Assembly: GCA_050010755.1 (NCBI GenBank)
Contig: JBEKKK010000001.1
Location: 992,001 to 1,056,000, forward strand
Direction of reading: 5' to 3'
Length of the DNA stretch: 64,000 nucleotides
Source: Candidatus Bathyarchaeia archaeon
GTDB lineage: Archaea > Thermoproteota > Bathyarchaeia > Bathyarchaeales > Bathycorpusculaceae
Under the pieces are notes generated by a model, which saw only the letters and a list, made by a program, of their open reading frames with translations, did no database searches and had not been told where the DNA came from. The translations under genes and the position numbers were made by a program. Each line of letters begins with the position of its first letter. Position 1 is the first letter of the stretch. This document shows, in pieces, positions 9,570-17,874 of this stretch.

Positions 9570-9986
9570 ATGGCAACTCCATATGCTAATCTCGAAGGTC
9601 AAACCCCGCTTGCCTCCGACCGCTTCATCATAACCCTAATGGCTGGCGCTGCAATCACATATGGGCAATTGCTGTACCTCAACGGCACAGACTTCACAGT
9701 AGCTCCCGCACCAGGCACGGCGAACTTAACCACCATAATCGGCGTCGCCATCGCCACTAGAGCATCTGGAAAAACTGTTCCTGTTGCAACCATGGGCGTT
9801 CTTCGACTCAAGGCTTATGGTTCAATTAGCGCAGGAGACCAAATTTGCTCAGCGAGCGGCGGCACAGCAGGTGTGGGCCTAATACAGTCTGACACAGGGG
9901 GCGCAGCTGCAAAGAACGCCACTGTTATTGGTCAGGCTTTGCAGGCTATCGTAAGCGGCGGTACTGGATTCTGTGTTCTCTGGTAA
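9570..9986 (+). CDS. Capsid decoration/cement protein
   Basis: Gly/Ala-rich beta protein (AGAAITYGQ...IGVA...ISAGDQI...VIGQALQA) directly before the capsid gene. Confidence 0.75.
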   Translation: MATPYANLEGQTPLASDRFIITLMAGAAITYGQLLYLNGTDFTVAPAPGTANLTTIIGVAIATRASGKTVPVATMGVLRLKAYGSISAGDQICSASGGTAGVGLIQSDTGGAAAKNATVIGQALQAIVSGGTGFCVLW

Positions 9987-10003
9987 ACCTAGGGTGAATT
10001 GAC

Positions 10004-10897
10004 ATGAGCTTTACTCAAGACGCAATAACTTGGTATGATTCAGGTGCAGTACAGTATCCAGCCCTCCACAAGCACATAATTGAGCTGACAATGCCCGCGT
10101 TGGTCGTCAAACGCTTACTGCCAGAGTTCCCACTTGTACAGGGAAGGACAGCCACGTTCGTCAAAGAGTCTGGTTCAAGAAGCATCGGCATCAGCGAAAT
10201 CGCAGAGGGTGCCGAAATCATGATGGATTACACACCGCTGAACACTGTAACTGTCACGCCGTACAAGAAGGGCGAACGCATACGCGTCCCAAGAGAGCAA
10301 GTGGAAGACTTATACATCCCTGTAATAGACCAACAGCTTCGCAGACTCGCAAGACGAACCGCGTACCAGATTGACCTTGACTGCATGAACGTCATCGGCG
10401 CCGCAGCCGCGTTCACATCAGCAGCCACGGGCAAGACCATGGGCGCGACCGGCTCAGAAATGACAATCGCGAGCACCATAGGCGCAAAAGACATCTTGTG
10501 GGCAGAGGCAGCTATCGCGAGCAAGAACTTCATCGCCGACTCAATAATCGCCAACCCGATTAACATCCGTGACCTCAAGTACGTGCCTAACTTCACCATA
10601 TTCTCGCAATATGGTAGACCCGTGCTTCAGAATGGAGCAATGGGTCAAGTGTACGGCCTCAACTTGTACTCCACGAATGTTTGCAGCCCGGGCACAGCAT
10701 ACGTGCTAAGCACAGGAAGCAACTTGAGTTCGTCATACGCTCCTATCGGCTTCTTCGTGATAAAGAGGCCGCTGATGACGGACGTTGACCAAGTCAAACA
10801 GAACGACGCAATCGACATCATCGAGACGACCAGATACGCGCCAGTTGTGCTGAATGGAGAATGCATCTCGCAAATAACCAGCTTGTTCACAACTTAA
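10004..10897 (+). CDS. Major capsid protein (HK97 fold)
   Basis: 297 aa; EIAEGAEI...VTVTPYKKG...RRTAYQID...IANP...GQVYGLNL; GGTGA RBS. Confidence 0.9.
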   Translation: MSFTQDAITWYDSGAVQYPALHKHIIELTMPALVVKRLLPEFPLVQGRTATFVKESGSRSIGISEIAEGAEIMMDYTPLNTVTVTPYKKGERIRVPREQVEDLYIPVIDQQLRRLARRTAYQIDLDCMNVIGAAAAFTSAATGKTMGATGSEMTIASTIGAKDILWAEAAIASKNFIADSIIANPINIRDLKYVPNFTIFSQYGRPVLQNGAMGQVYGLNLYSTNVCSPGTAYVLSTGSNLSSSYAPIGFFVIKRPLMTDVDQVKQNDAIDIIETTRYAPVVLNGECISQITSLFTT

Positions 10898-10904
10898 GCA
10901 CCAA

Positions 10905-10934
10905 TTCTTTTCCTCTTTTTCTTTCCTTTTTTCT
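10905..10934 (+). terminator. Pyrimidine/T-tract terminator after the capsid gene
   Basis: TTCTTTTCCTCTTTTTCTTTCCTTTTTTCT immediately after the stop. Confidence 0.65.
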
Positions 10935-11024
10935 AAATCTTGAATCCTGACCACTTTTCGTGGCAGGCGAGAACCTTGCCCGAAGGTTACAATCGGGAAC
11001 TTCAATATGTAAACTTTAACGGGG

Positions 11025-11738
11025 GTGAAAGCTTTGAAATTGAATCCTTTACAGGGCATTCTCCTTGCCACAATGATTCTTGCAGTCATAGGCGGAACCA
11101 TCGGTGAACTCAACAATTACGTGACCACGCAAGACTTGAGCGCATTAGGCCAATATGGCATATACCTTAAACTGCTCATGACGGGCACTCCGGTGCTTGT
11201 TTTCGCCATCTGGATTTACAACATCTGGATGTACATACGCCAGAACCAGATAGCGGCCGTGAACCAGCTTATTGAGCAGTACGACTTGAACAAACTCGTG
11301 CAGACAATAGCATTATTCACAGGAATAATCGGTCCAATAGTTGCATTCCTGCCTCAATACAAAGAGATAGGCGCATTATTCGTCGTCATCGGCACCGCAC
11401 TTGCGAAAGAAATCCAAAACGTTCTCAGCGGCCAGAATATCACACAAACGAACGCTCAAGTCGCCAGCCCAACCGCAACCTCAACAGTAGGCCTAGTCAC
11501 GGCAAATATGTCTCTAGGCACTTATAAGAGTTGGACGGTCACAATCGTCAACTGGATGCTGACGGTAATACCGCCCGCAAACCTTGTGAGCAGATACGGC
11601 CAGAGCCAAAGCCCGGGAAGCGTGCAAGGTTACACAAGCTCAGATGCGTTTGCTCAAGCCACAAAGTACATAGACGGATTGCTCAGCCTTCCAGCACCCG
11701 GCCCGCCTTCCGCGAGCCCAGTAACTCCGCCAACATAA
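11025..11738 (+). CDS. Multi-pass membrane protein with Pro-rich C-terminus
   Basis: About four hydrophobic segments in the first 130 aa. Confidence 0.75.
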   Translation: MKALKLNPLQGILLATMILAVIGGTIGELNNYVTTQDLSALGQYGIYLKLLMTGTPVLVFAIWIYNIWMYIRQNQIAAVNQLIEQYDLNKLVQTIALFTGIIGPIVAFLPQYKEIGALFVVIGTALAKEIQNVLSGQNITQTNAQVASPTATSTVGLVTANMSLGTYKSWTVTIVNWMLTVIPPANLVSRYGQSQSPGSVQGYTSSDAFAQATKYIDGLLSLPAPGPPSASPVTPPT

Positions 11739-11752
11739 GAATCGTGGTAAAG

Positions 11753-11781
11753 TTTCCCCATTCTCCCCTTTTTAGTTTTTT
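11753..11781 (+). terminator. C-rich plus T-tract terminator
   Basis: TTTCCCCATTCTCCCCTTTTTAGTTTTTT after the stop. Confidence 0.55.
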
Positions 11782-11913
11782 CAAAATCACAATCATTACA
11801 AATCTCACATTCACTCCCAAAATCCTTGACGAAGCCCTCTCCTGTACAACATGGCCCTATTTTCAGACTTTATCAAGGATGGGCAAAGTGAAAAAAGAAA
11901 AGGTGAACAAAAC

Positions 11914-14421
11914 ATGACACAAAGTCAAACGTTGAATATTAGTTCGTGGTTCAGCAACTTCAAGAACCTTAAATGGTGGCAGGGAGCAATCCTCTTAGCC
12001 ATTCTGCTTACCGGACTATCTGCAATCGCGTACGAAGGCGGAAACGTCAACGTAAGCGCGAATGTATCCATACAAATCCAACAAATTGAAAATCGCTTAG
12101 ACATCCCTGTGAACAGCACACTCAGCGCGTTCATAAAATCCAACAGCTTCATCGTGAGCGAGCTTGACCAAGGCTACTGCCTACAAAACGGCACAAACGG
12201 CTCATACTTACCCCCCTTCACAACGAACGCCACCACCATCATTCAAAACGGCCTTGGGAATGCGAGTGCGAATGGTGGAGGCAGCGTATATGTTTCTGCA
12301 GGGCAGAATCTTTACAACGCGAGCGTGACCATCCTTAACAATACAAGGCTTATCATTGAGGCAGGAGCAAAGAACGTAACGTACACGCCAGCAGCGGGTG
12401 CTTATGGGATTGTGGATGACTTCGCAAATTGGGTTTTCATTTACTACAGCAACGGAGTCCCGTATAGTGTCTTCAATTACGCCACCGGGAACTTGTTGAC
12501 ACAAACTGCAAACATGACAACAATATACTGCGCCACCATCAACCAAGTTTTCAGCGGAGGTGGGGTGCAGATTCTTAACATGGTTGTTCAGCACGGCACC
12601 ACTTCTCCAACTTCACCTGTTGATAGGCAGCTCTTCTTCAATGATTCCACGGGCAACCTGTATGTTTACAACGCAACTTCCTCAGCTTGGCTTCCAATAG
12701 GCTCATCAGGAAGCGGCGGGGGTAGCATGCCGAGCACTTACCCATATGCGAACTTAACGGGAATCCCTGTTCTTCTGTATGCGAATGGCACACAAGGCTT
12801 AACGGCAGATTGGAATGTCAGCGGATACAGTATCTTCAATACATTTTGGCTGAACAGTACTTCCTTGAATACTAACAACTATTATCTGAATGGCGCAACA
12901 CTCGGTTGGATTGAACCAGATTCATACATCATTGACAACTCTGGAGGATATACTCGTGCGTGGTATGGAGCGAATAGTACACTTGCCTTTCAAGGCACGA
13001 ATGCAAGCACGATAATAAACAATGCAATTGGAAACTTGACAGCTTATTCTTACACGTTCACAGGATTCGGCGGAGGCACAATCTATCTTAAAGGACAGTT
13101 TCAAGTTTCAAACACCATATTCTCGCAGCTGCCCATAAGCATCATAGGCGTACCAGATAGCACAGATTCTTTCGCCTACCTATTCGCTAATGGCCTGAAT
13201 GGTTCTTTACTCTATTTCAACGCAACAGGAAGCATTGACTGGCATTGGTCCATACAAAACTTGCATATTGACGGTGTGAACACAACAGGAGGAAGCATTG
13301 GGACCGGGGGACCTGGCGGAAACTATCTGATATACATAAATCTGGGTTACGGAACCCTTCAAAATATGTACATCATGCGTGGTTACGGAACCGGGATATT
13401 CATGGGAGGTCAGGACAGCATATGCGACCACGTTTACTCTGAATACAATGGATTTGGAACCGGCACAGGCGATGGATGGTACGTAGCAACTCTGAATGAC
13501 CAATGGTACAGTTGCACAGGATGGAACAACTCGCGATATGGAATGTACATAGGAACAGGTCAAAATCGCGGACTGTTTGAAGGTTGCAGACTCTCATGGA
13601 ATCTCGTCGGCCTCAAAACCCTTTCAGGAGCTTCACAAATAACCATTGAAGGCTCAGACATCTTTGACAATTACAATGAGGGAATTTACCTTCTGAGCGC
13701 GGACCACTTCACAATCGAAAACAACCCGAGCATTCTGGATAACGGAATAGCTGCAAACAACACGTACGCAGGAATCCGCTTAAGCAGCAGCACAAACTGC
13801 ACAATTGAAGGAAACAACATATACGATGACGGAAGCCAAGCGAACATAATGCAGTACGCTGTTTCAGAAGATGGCTCAGCAGATTGGAACCAGATTAAAG
13901 ACAACAACTTCGCTTATGGCACTAACTTCATCGGAGTCCACACAATCGGAGGAAACACAACTGTAAGAGGCAACATTCCACTCATTATTCAAGATAGGCT
14001 CTTGAACGTAGTTTGCGGACAAAGCGGATGGACACAAGCGCCGACTAACCTGCAAGCTGCTGTAGATGGAAATTTTGCAACGTTCACAGGAATAGGCGAA
14101 ACGAACGCAACAGCAGGGCACATGGGCTATCTTTATTACGACATGGGCGCAAACTACAGCGTAACCTTCACATACTTAGTGCACGTCTGGAACAACGCGA
14201 GCAATTTGAACATTCAAGTCTTTTACGGTTACGACAATGCCACATGGAGCACCTTACCATCAGCCTATTACGGTTTAAGCTCGGCATCTGAAAGCACCGT
14301 ATCTGGCGGACCATACTACATCTACGCGCGATACTTAAAATTTGACTTCTACTTTTCAGGGTCAACCGCCACAAAGTTTGACATGCGAATGGCTGAAGTT
14401 CAAGCGTACGATTATCCATAA
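11914..14421 (+). CDS. Membrane-anchored or secreted parallel beta-helix (tailspike/adhesin-like) protein
   Basis: GGTGA RBS before ATG 11914; N-terminal hydrophobic helix; beta-helix repeats (GIYLL...TIENN...GIRLS...TIEGNNI); about 30 N-x-S/T sequons. Confidence 0.8.
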   Translation: MTQSQTLNISSWFSNFKNLKWWQGAILLAILLTGLSAIAYEGGNVNVSANVSIQIQQIENRLDIPVNSTLSAFIKSNSFIVSELDQGYCLQNGTNGSYLPPFTTNATTIIQNGLGNASANGGGSVYVSAGQNLYNASVTILNNTRLIIEAGAKNVTYTPAAGAYGIVDDFANWVFIYYSNGVPYSVFNYATGNLLTQTANMTTIYCATINQVFSGGGVQILNMVVQHGTTSPTSPVDRQLFFNDSTGNLYVYNATSSAWLPIGSSGSGGGSMPSTYPYANLTGIPVLLYANGTQGLTADWNVSGYSIFNTFWLNSTSLNTNNYYLNGATLGWIEPDSYIIDNSGGYTRAWYGANSTLAFQGTNASTIINNAIGNLTAYSYTFTGFGGGTIYLKGQFQVSNTIFSQLPISIIGVPDSTDSFAYLFANGLNGSLLYFNATGSIDWHWSIQNLHIDGVNTTGGSIGTGGPGGNYLIYINLGYGTLQNMYIMRGYGTGIFMGGQDSICDHVYSEYNGFGTGTGDGWYVATLNDQWYSCTGWNNSRYGMYIGTGQNRGLFEGCRLSWNLVGLKTLSGASQITIEGSDIFDNYNEGIYLLSADHFTIENNPSILDNGIAANNTYAGIRLSSSTNCTIEGNNIYDDGSQANIMQYAVSEDGSADWNQIKDNNFAYGTNFIGVHTIGGNTTVRGNIPLIIQDRLLNVVCGQSGWTQAPTNLQAAVDGNFATFTGIGETNATAGHMGYLYYDMGANYSVTFTYLVHVWNNASNLNIQVFYGYDNATWSTLPSAYYGLSSASESTVSGGPYYIYARYLKFDFYFSGSTATKFDMRMAEVQAYDYP

Positions 14422-14433
14422 GCGCACATTCAA

Positions 14434-14464
14434 ATTCCCTTTTTTAGTTTTCCGTAAAGTTTTC
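14434..14464 (+). terminator. C-rich plus T-tract terminator
   Basis: TTCCCTTTTTTAGTTTT...GTTTT after the stop. Confidence 0.5.
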
Positions 14465-14486
14465 ACATTCATGGAGATGATTCAAA

Positions 14487-15203
14487 ATGGGTTCAGCAAC
14501 CATAACAGCAGGAAACACAAACGTGGTCGTGTCACATGGCCAGAGCTTCACACCGACAATAGACCAAATTTGGCTGCAGCCTCAAGATGACCTTGGAGGC
14601 CGCGAGTATTTCCCAAGCAACCCCACATCCACAACTTTCCAGATTAACATAAGCTTCGCCGACCCTGACACGGCACACAACTTCAGCTGGCAAATTTTAG
14701 TCGCTGGAAGCGGAGGAGTACAGCTTCCCCCAGCACAACTGCCAATAACCTTTCCAATTAACGTGACGGATGTGCAAACTCAGCTGAATGCCGCGTTTGA
14801 TGGGGTCGGCACATACACAGTTTACGGGCTTACAATCACTCTGGCCTCTGTTCAAGCACAGGTAGATTATGCGAATCAGTACATCACAGGGATGCTGTCT
14901 TCAGCCATTTCAAGCAGCGACCCGCGGTACGTGTACGCACGGCAGGCTGCAATTGACCTTGCTTGTATCCGCACTCTCGTGATTGCGAGTGGCGGAAGCC
15001 TAACAGGGGCTTATGACTACTTCCTTGGAGACCTGCGAGTTACAAGAGCAGGGCCCTATGCGAATGCGATAAAGAACACGATTGCCGGCCTACAAGCAGA
15101 TCTTACGAAACAACTTGTAAACTTTAGTACCCCTGTAATGACCGCCGACGCAGCTGCAGCTCAGCAAGTGCCAACCTACCGCGGAGACGTGATAGGCCCA
15201 TGA
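14487..15203 (+). CDS. Putative head-tail adaptor with an N-terminal fibre-tip-like beta domain
   Basis: Helical C-terminal part (VTDVQTQL...ARQAAIDLAC...GDLRV) in the connector position; N-terminal GSATITAG.T.VVVSHG...F.W domain. Confidence 0.6.
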   Translation: MGSATITAGNTNVVVSHGQSFTPTIDQIWLQPQDDLGGREYFPSNPTSTTFQINISFADPDTAHNFSWQILVAGSGGVQLPPAQLPITFPINVTDVQTQLNAAFDGVGTYTVYGLTITLASVQAQVDYANQYITGMLSSAISSSDPRYVYARQAAIDLACIRTLVIASGGSLTGAYDYFLGDLRVTRAGPYANAIKNTIAGLQADLTKQLVNFSTPVMTADAAAAQQVPTYRGDVIGP

Positions 15204-15418
15204 GTCAAAGCGGCGGAACAGCAATCGCCTTCAGCAACGGTGACATAAGCTTCGGCACCTTGAACCTTAACCCTGCTGATGAGCCTGGGAGGAACGTTTA
15301 CACGGGCAATTATATCGTGGTCAGAGTCAACAAGGGCCTCAAACAACTTGTAACTTCCGCTCAGTACACAAACCTTGTGAACGCAGGGTATGAAGTAGAC
15401 ATCTGCAAGGATGAGTGA
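15200..15418 (+). CDS. Small neck-region protein
   Basis: Overlaps both neighbouring genes. Confidence 0.6.
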   Translation: MSQSGGTAIAFSNGDISFGTLNLNPADEPGRNVYTGNYIVVRVNKGLKQLVTSAQYTNLVNAGYEVDICKDE

Positions 15419-15869
15419 GCACATGCCAGATAATGTTCAAGTTGTAAGCTCCCTGCTTCAAGCACAATGGGCTTCGTTCATTAGTTCCCCCGGCATAAGC
15501 GCAATTTTCTGGCCCACGACAAAACCAGACGTGGCACAGTTTGATTCTCAGCCTTTCAATTATGTTGTCGCATGCTACAACCCGGGCAGCCCAGCAGCCG
15601 TGGATGACAGCGCACAAGGCGTATGGACGATTGTTGAAGACATAATCGTGGACATACTCATCAAAGTCGGCTCAGGCACGGAGCAGAACGCAATTGACAC
15701 GAGAGAAGCTTTGCGACAAGCAATTTACAGCATCATTCATCACAACGAGACGACGATTTCTGGAATTAACGAAGCTCACATCAGCAGGGAAACTTACAAA
15801 GTTGAAAGCCCACAACACATGCGTCTTGCAATGCTTGTGAAGTGCAAGTATTTCCACCTGAAAACGTGA
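15411..15869 (+). CDS. Putative tail terminator/completion protein
   Basis: 152 aa alpha/beta protein between connector and tail tube; positional assignment. Confidence 0.55.
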   Translation: MSEHMPDNVQVVSSLLQAQWASFISSPGISAIFWPTTKPDVAQFDSQPFNYVVACYNPGSPAAVDDSAQGVWTIVEDIIVDILIKVGSGTEQNAIDTREALRQAIYSIIHHNETTISGINEAHISRETYKVESPQHMRLAMLVKCKYFHLKT

Positions 15870-15912
15870 TTTCCACAAACGAGTTGCAAAACTTAAACGA
15901 AGCTTGAAATTT

Positions 15913-15998
15913 ATCTCGTGCGGGACACTGATTCAGGAGGTCCGCCTCACGACGCTCTGAGGCCGCTGAACCCTCTGCAACAGTGTCGCACACGAGAT
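15913..15998. ncRNA. Candidate structured RNA / long multi-stem hairpin
   Basis: Nested complementary arms ATCTCGTG/CACGAGAT, GACACTG/CAGTGTC and GCCTCA/TGAGGC in a ~150 nt gap. Confidence 0.5.
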
Positions 15999-16017
15999 TA
16001 GAAACGAGTTGCTTTTC

Positions 16018-16374
16018 ATGTTGAGCTGGCAAATCACATTTCAAACTGAAGCCCTGCAAAGCTTCTTTCAAAATCTGCCCCCAAACTTGAAGACGGCTGT
16101 GCAGAATGCAGAGTTAACGGTTGCAGAGCGAATCTTGTTTACGATGCAAACGTTGACCCCTGTGCGCACAGGCTTCCTACTTTCAACAGAGGGCATTCAG
16201 CCGCAGGGAGATTGGGGCTTCACGATTTATGCGCGCGCCTTCTACGCTCATTATGTAGAGTTCGGCACGAGACGCATGTCTCCGCGGCTGTTCATGACAC
16301 GGGCGATTGAGCTACACAGGGGCGACTTGCAAAATGAGATTTGGAGCAACATTGCAGCCATGATTATCGGGTGA
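16018..16374 (+). CDS. HK97 gp10-like tail/neck component
   Basis: TPVRTGFL...YAHYVEFGTRRMSPRLFMTRA is the gp10-family signature. Confidence 0.88.
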   Translation: MLSWQITFQTEALQSFFQNLPPNLKTAVQNAELTVAERILFTMQTLTPVRTGFLLSTEGIQPQGDWGFTIYARAFYAHYVEFGTRRMSPRLFMTRAIELHRGDLQNEIWSNIAAMIIG

Positions 16375-16378
16375 GAGC

Positions 16379-16912
16379 TTGGACAAGTGGCTTAAGTTGA
16401 AAATTGCAAAGCATTTGATTAACCCCATGGTGCGAGTGCTCAACCTACTTATCCCAGACAGTGTTGGTGTTTATCCTCAAACCAAAATTCTTGGGAAGGT
16501 TTACGCCGACTTGCTGCACGTTTACAAGATTGAAGCGTACTGCGGGCGGTTTGATGATATCCCAAAGGGCACACTTGAAGCGCTGAAAGACAAGAACTTT
16601 CTTCGCTTTCTGCAGCTTTCTGGGAAACTGCTGATTTATCTCGGAGACACGGACCGATACTATCGCGCATGGCTTGGGCTTTTCTTTCTTCTTGTGCGCG
16701 ACCACACGGAAACTTTGCCACTCGCTAACGCTGGGCAATCTGTTGAAGCACAGTGGGATTATCCGGTGTGCGAAGAAATCTTTCAAAAATATGCAAGTGT
16801 CGCCGAAAGGGAAGCAAGGCAAATCGTTCTTGCGAACCAACTTTACAACCTTGTCCAATTAACCCTGAATCGAGGTGATAAAAACCATGAGCACTCCACT
16901 AATAGGTCGTAA
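16379..16912 (+). CDS. Hypothetical viral protein
   Basis: 177 aa co-oriented ORF with a GGTGA RBS and TTG start. Confidence 0.65.
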   Translation: MDKWLKLKIAKHLINPMVRVLNLLIPDSVGVYPQTKILGKVYADLLHVYKIEAYCGRFDDIPKGTLEALKDKNFLRFLQLSGKLLIYLGDTDRYYRAWLGLFFLLVRDHTETLPLANAGQSVEAQWDYPVCEEIFQKYASVAEREARQIVLANQLYNLVQLTLNRGDKNHEHSTNRS

Positions 16913-17285
16913 CGCCGTTATAGAGATGAGCGCAGGCTCAGCGGTCGTAATCGGCTTCGCGCAAGGCTTCACAGATGAAACGGACGCGGACTTAATCAAA
17001 GAGTTCGCTTTGGGCAGCGACCACGCGGCAATCTTGGCATCTGGGAACAAGCACTTCAAGTTTAACATCGACAAGATGTTCATCGACAAAACTTATCAGC
17101 AGTACGTGTACGGAGGCACAAACGTTGACATAATCGTGGCCCCACAGGGCACATCGTCAGGTAACCAAAAATGGACTTACAAAAGTTGCGTACTAACACA
17201 ATCTCAAATGAAGGCTGACCAGAAGGGCATCATAGCCGAAAAAGTTGTAGGCGAAGCGAGTGACGTCATAATAGGTTCCTTCTAA
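16887..17285 (+). CDS. Major tail tube protein
   Basis: GAGGTGA RBS; 132 aa beta-rich protein (GRNAVI...IGFAQG...GNKHFKFNIDKMFID) before the chaperone and tape measure; followed by a CCCCGCTTTTTT terminator. Confidence 0.75.
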   Translation: MSTPLIGRNAVIEMSAGSAVVIGFAQGFTDETDADLIKEFALGSDHAAILASGNKHFKFNIDKMFIDKTYQQYVYGGTNVDIIVAPQGTSSGNQKWTYKSCVLTQSQMKADQKGIIAEKVVGEASDVIIGSF

Positions 17286-17341
17286 ACTCTCCCCGCTTTT
17301 TTGGGGATTTCGCAATAATCAAACTACTTTGAGGTGAAAAC

Positions 17342-17755
17342 ATGAGTGAAGAAATTAATTGGGGAAAAGTCACAGAGATGGAGCAAGTCTTGCAGAAGGA
17401 TGATGAGGAAAAGCTGAAGCGCGTCCGCGTCTTCAACCCGAAAGAGCTTGTCAAGAGAGCCAAGGAAATCAGGGAACTTTACGATGATGACTTAGGCGTG
17501 ATACGATATAAACTACTGACATACGCGCAGCTAAACGAAATCATGGAGAAGCATCCTGAGAACAAGGATAGGAGCATGCAGCTTCTATTCAAAATGCTCG
17601 CACCGGCGAGTGAGGGCTTAACTCTTGAAGACATCAAAGCCATGCCATACGAAGTTGTCGCGCGCCTCTTAACGAAGCTGACGAAGGAAGGCAGTTTTTT
17701 TCCTCAGAAGCAATCGGCGAATGGGTCGGCTGCGACTCCATCGCCCAAACCGTAG
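17342..17755 (+). CDS. Tail assembly chaperone (gpG-like)
   Basis: Between tail tube and tape measure; slippery T-TTT-TTT near the 3' end. Confidence 0.8.
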   Translation: MSEEINWGKVTEMEQVLQKDDEEKLKRVRVFNPKELVKRAKEIRELYDDDLGVIRYKLLTYAQLNEIMEKHPENKDRSMQLLFKMLAPASEGLTLEDIKAMPYEVVARLLTKLTKEGSFFPQKQSANGSAATPSPKP

Positions 17756-17868
17756 GGTTCGTGGCTCATGAATACGGCTACACCCTACAGCAAATAGGCG
17801 AACTAACCCCGTTTCAAATTCGTTTCCTTGTCGAGTGGGCAAAATGGTTTTACAAACAGAAAGGTTAG
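17695..17868 (+). other. Programmed -1 frameshift site and gpGT-like extension
   Basis: AG-T TTT TTT-C at 17695-17701; the -1 frame reads SSEAIGEWVGCDSIAQTVGFVAHEYGYTLQQIGELTPFQIRFLVEWAKWFYKQKG to TAG 17866-17868. Confidence 0.8.
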
Positions 17869-17874
17869 GTCAAA

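Noticed and set aside
15913-15998. Hammerhead ribozyme or an intron joining the flanking ORFs
   Set aside because: The CUGANGA/GAAA core is absent on both strands, and the upstream gene stops at 15869, before the hairpin.
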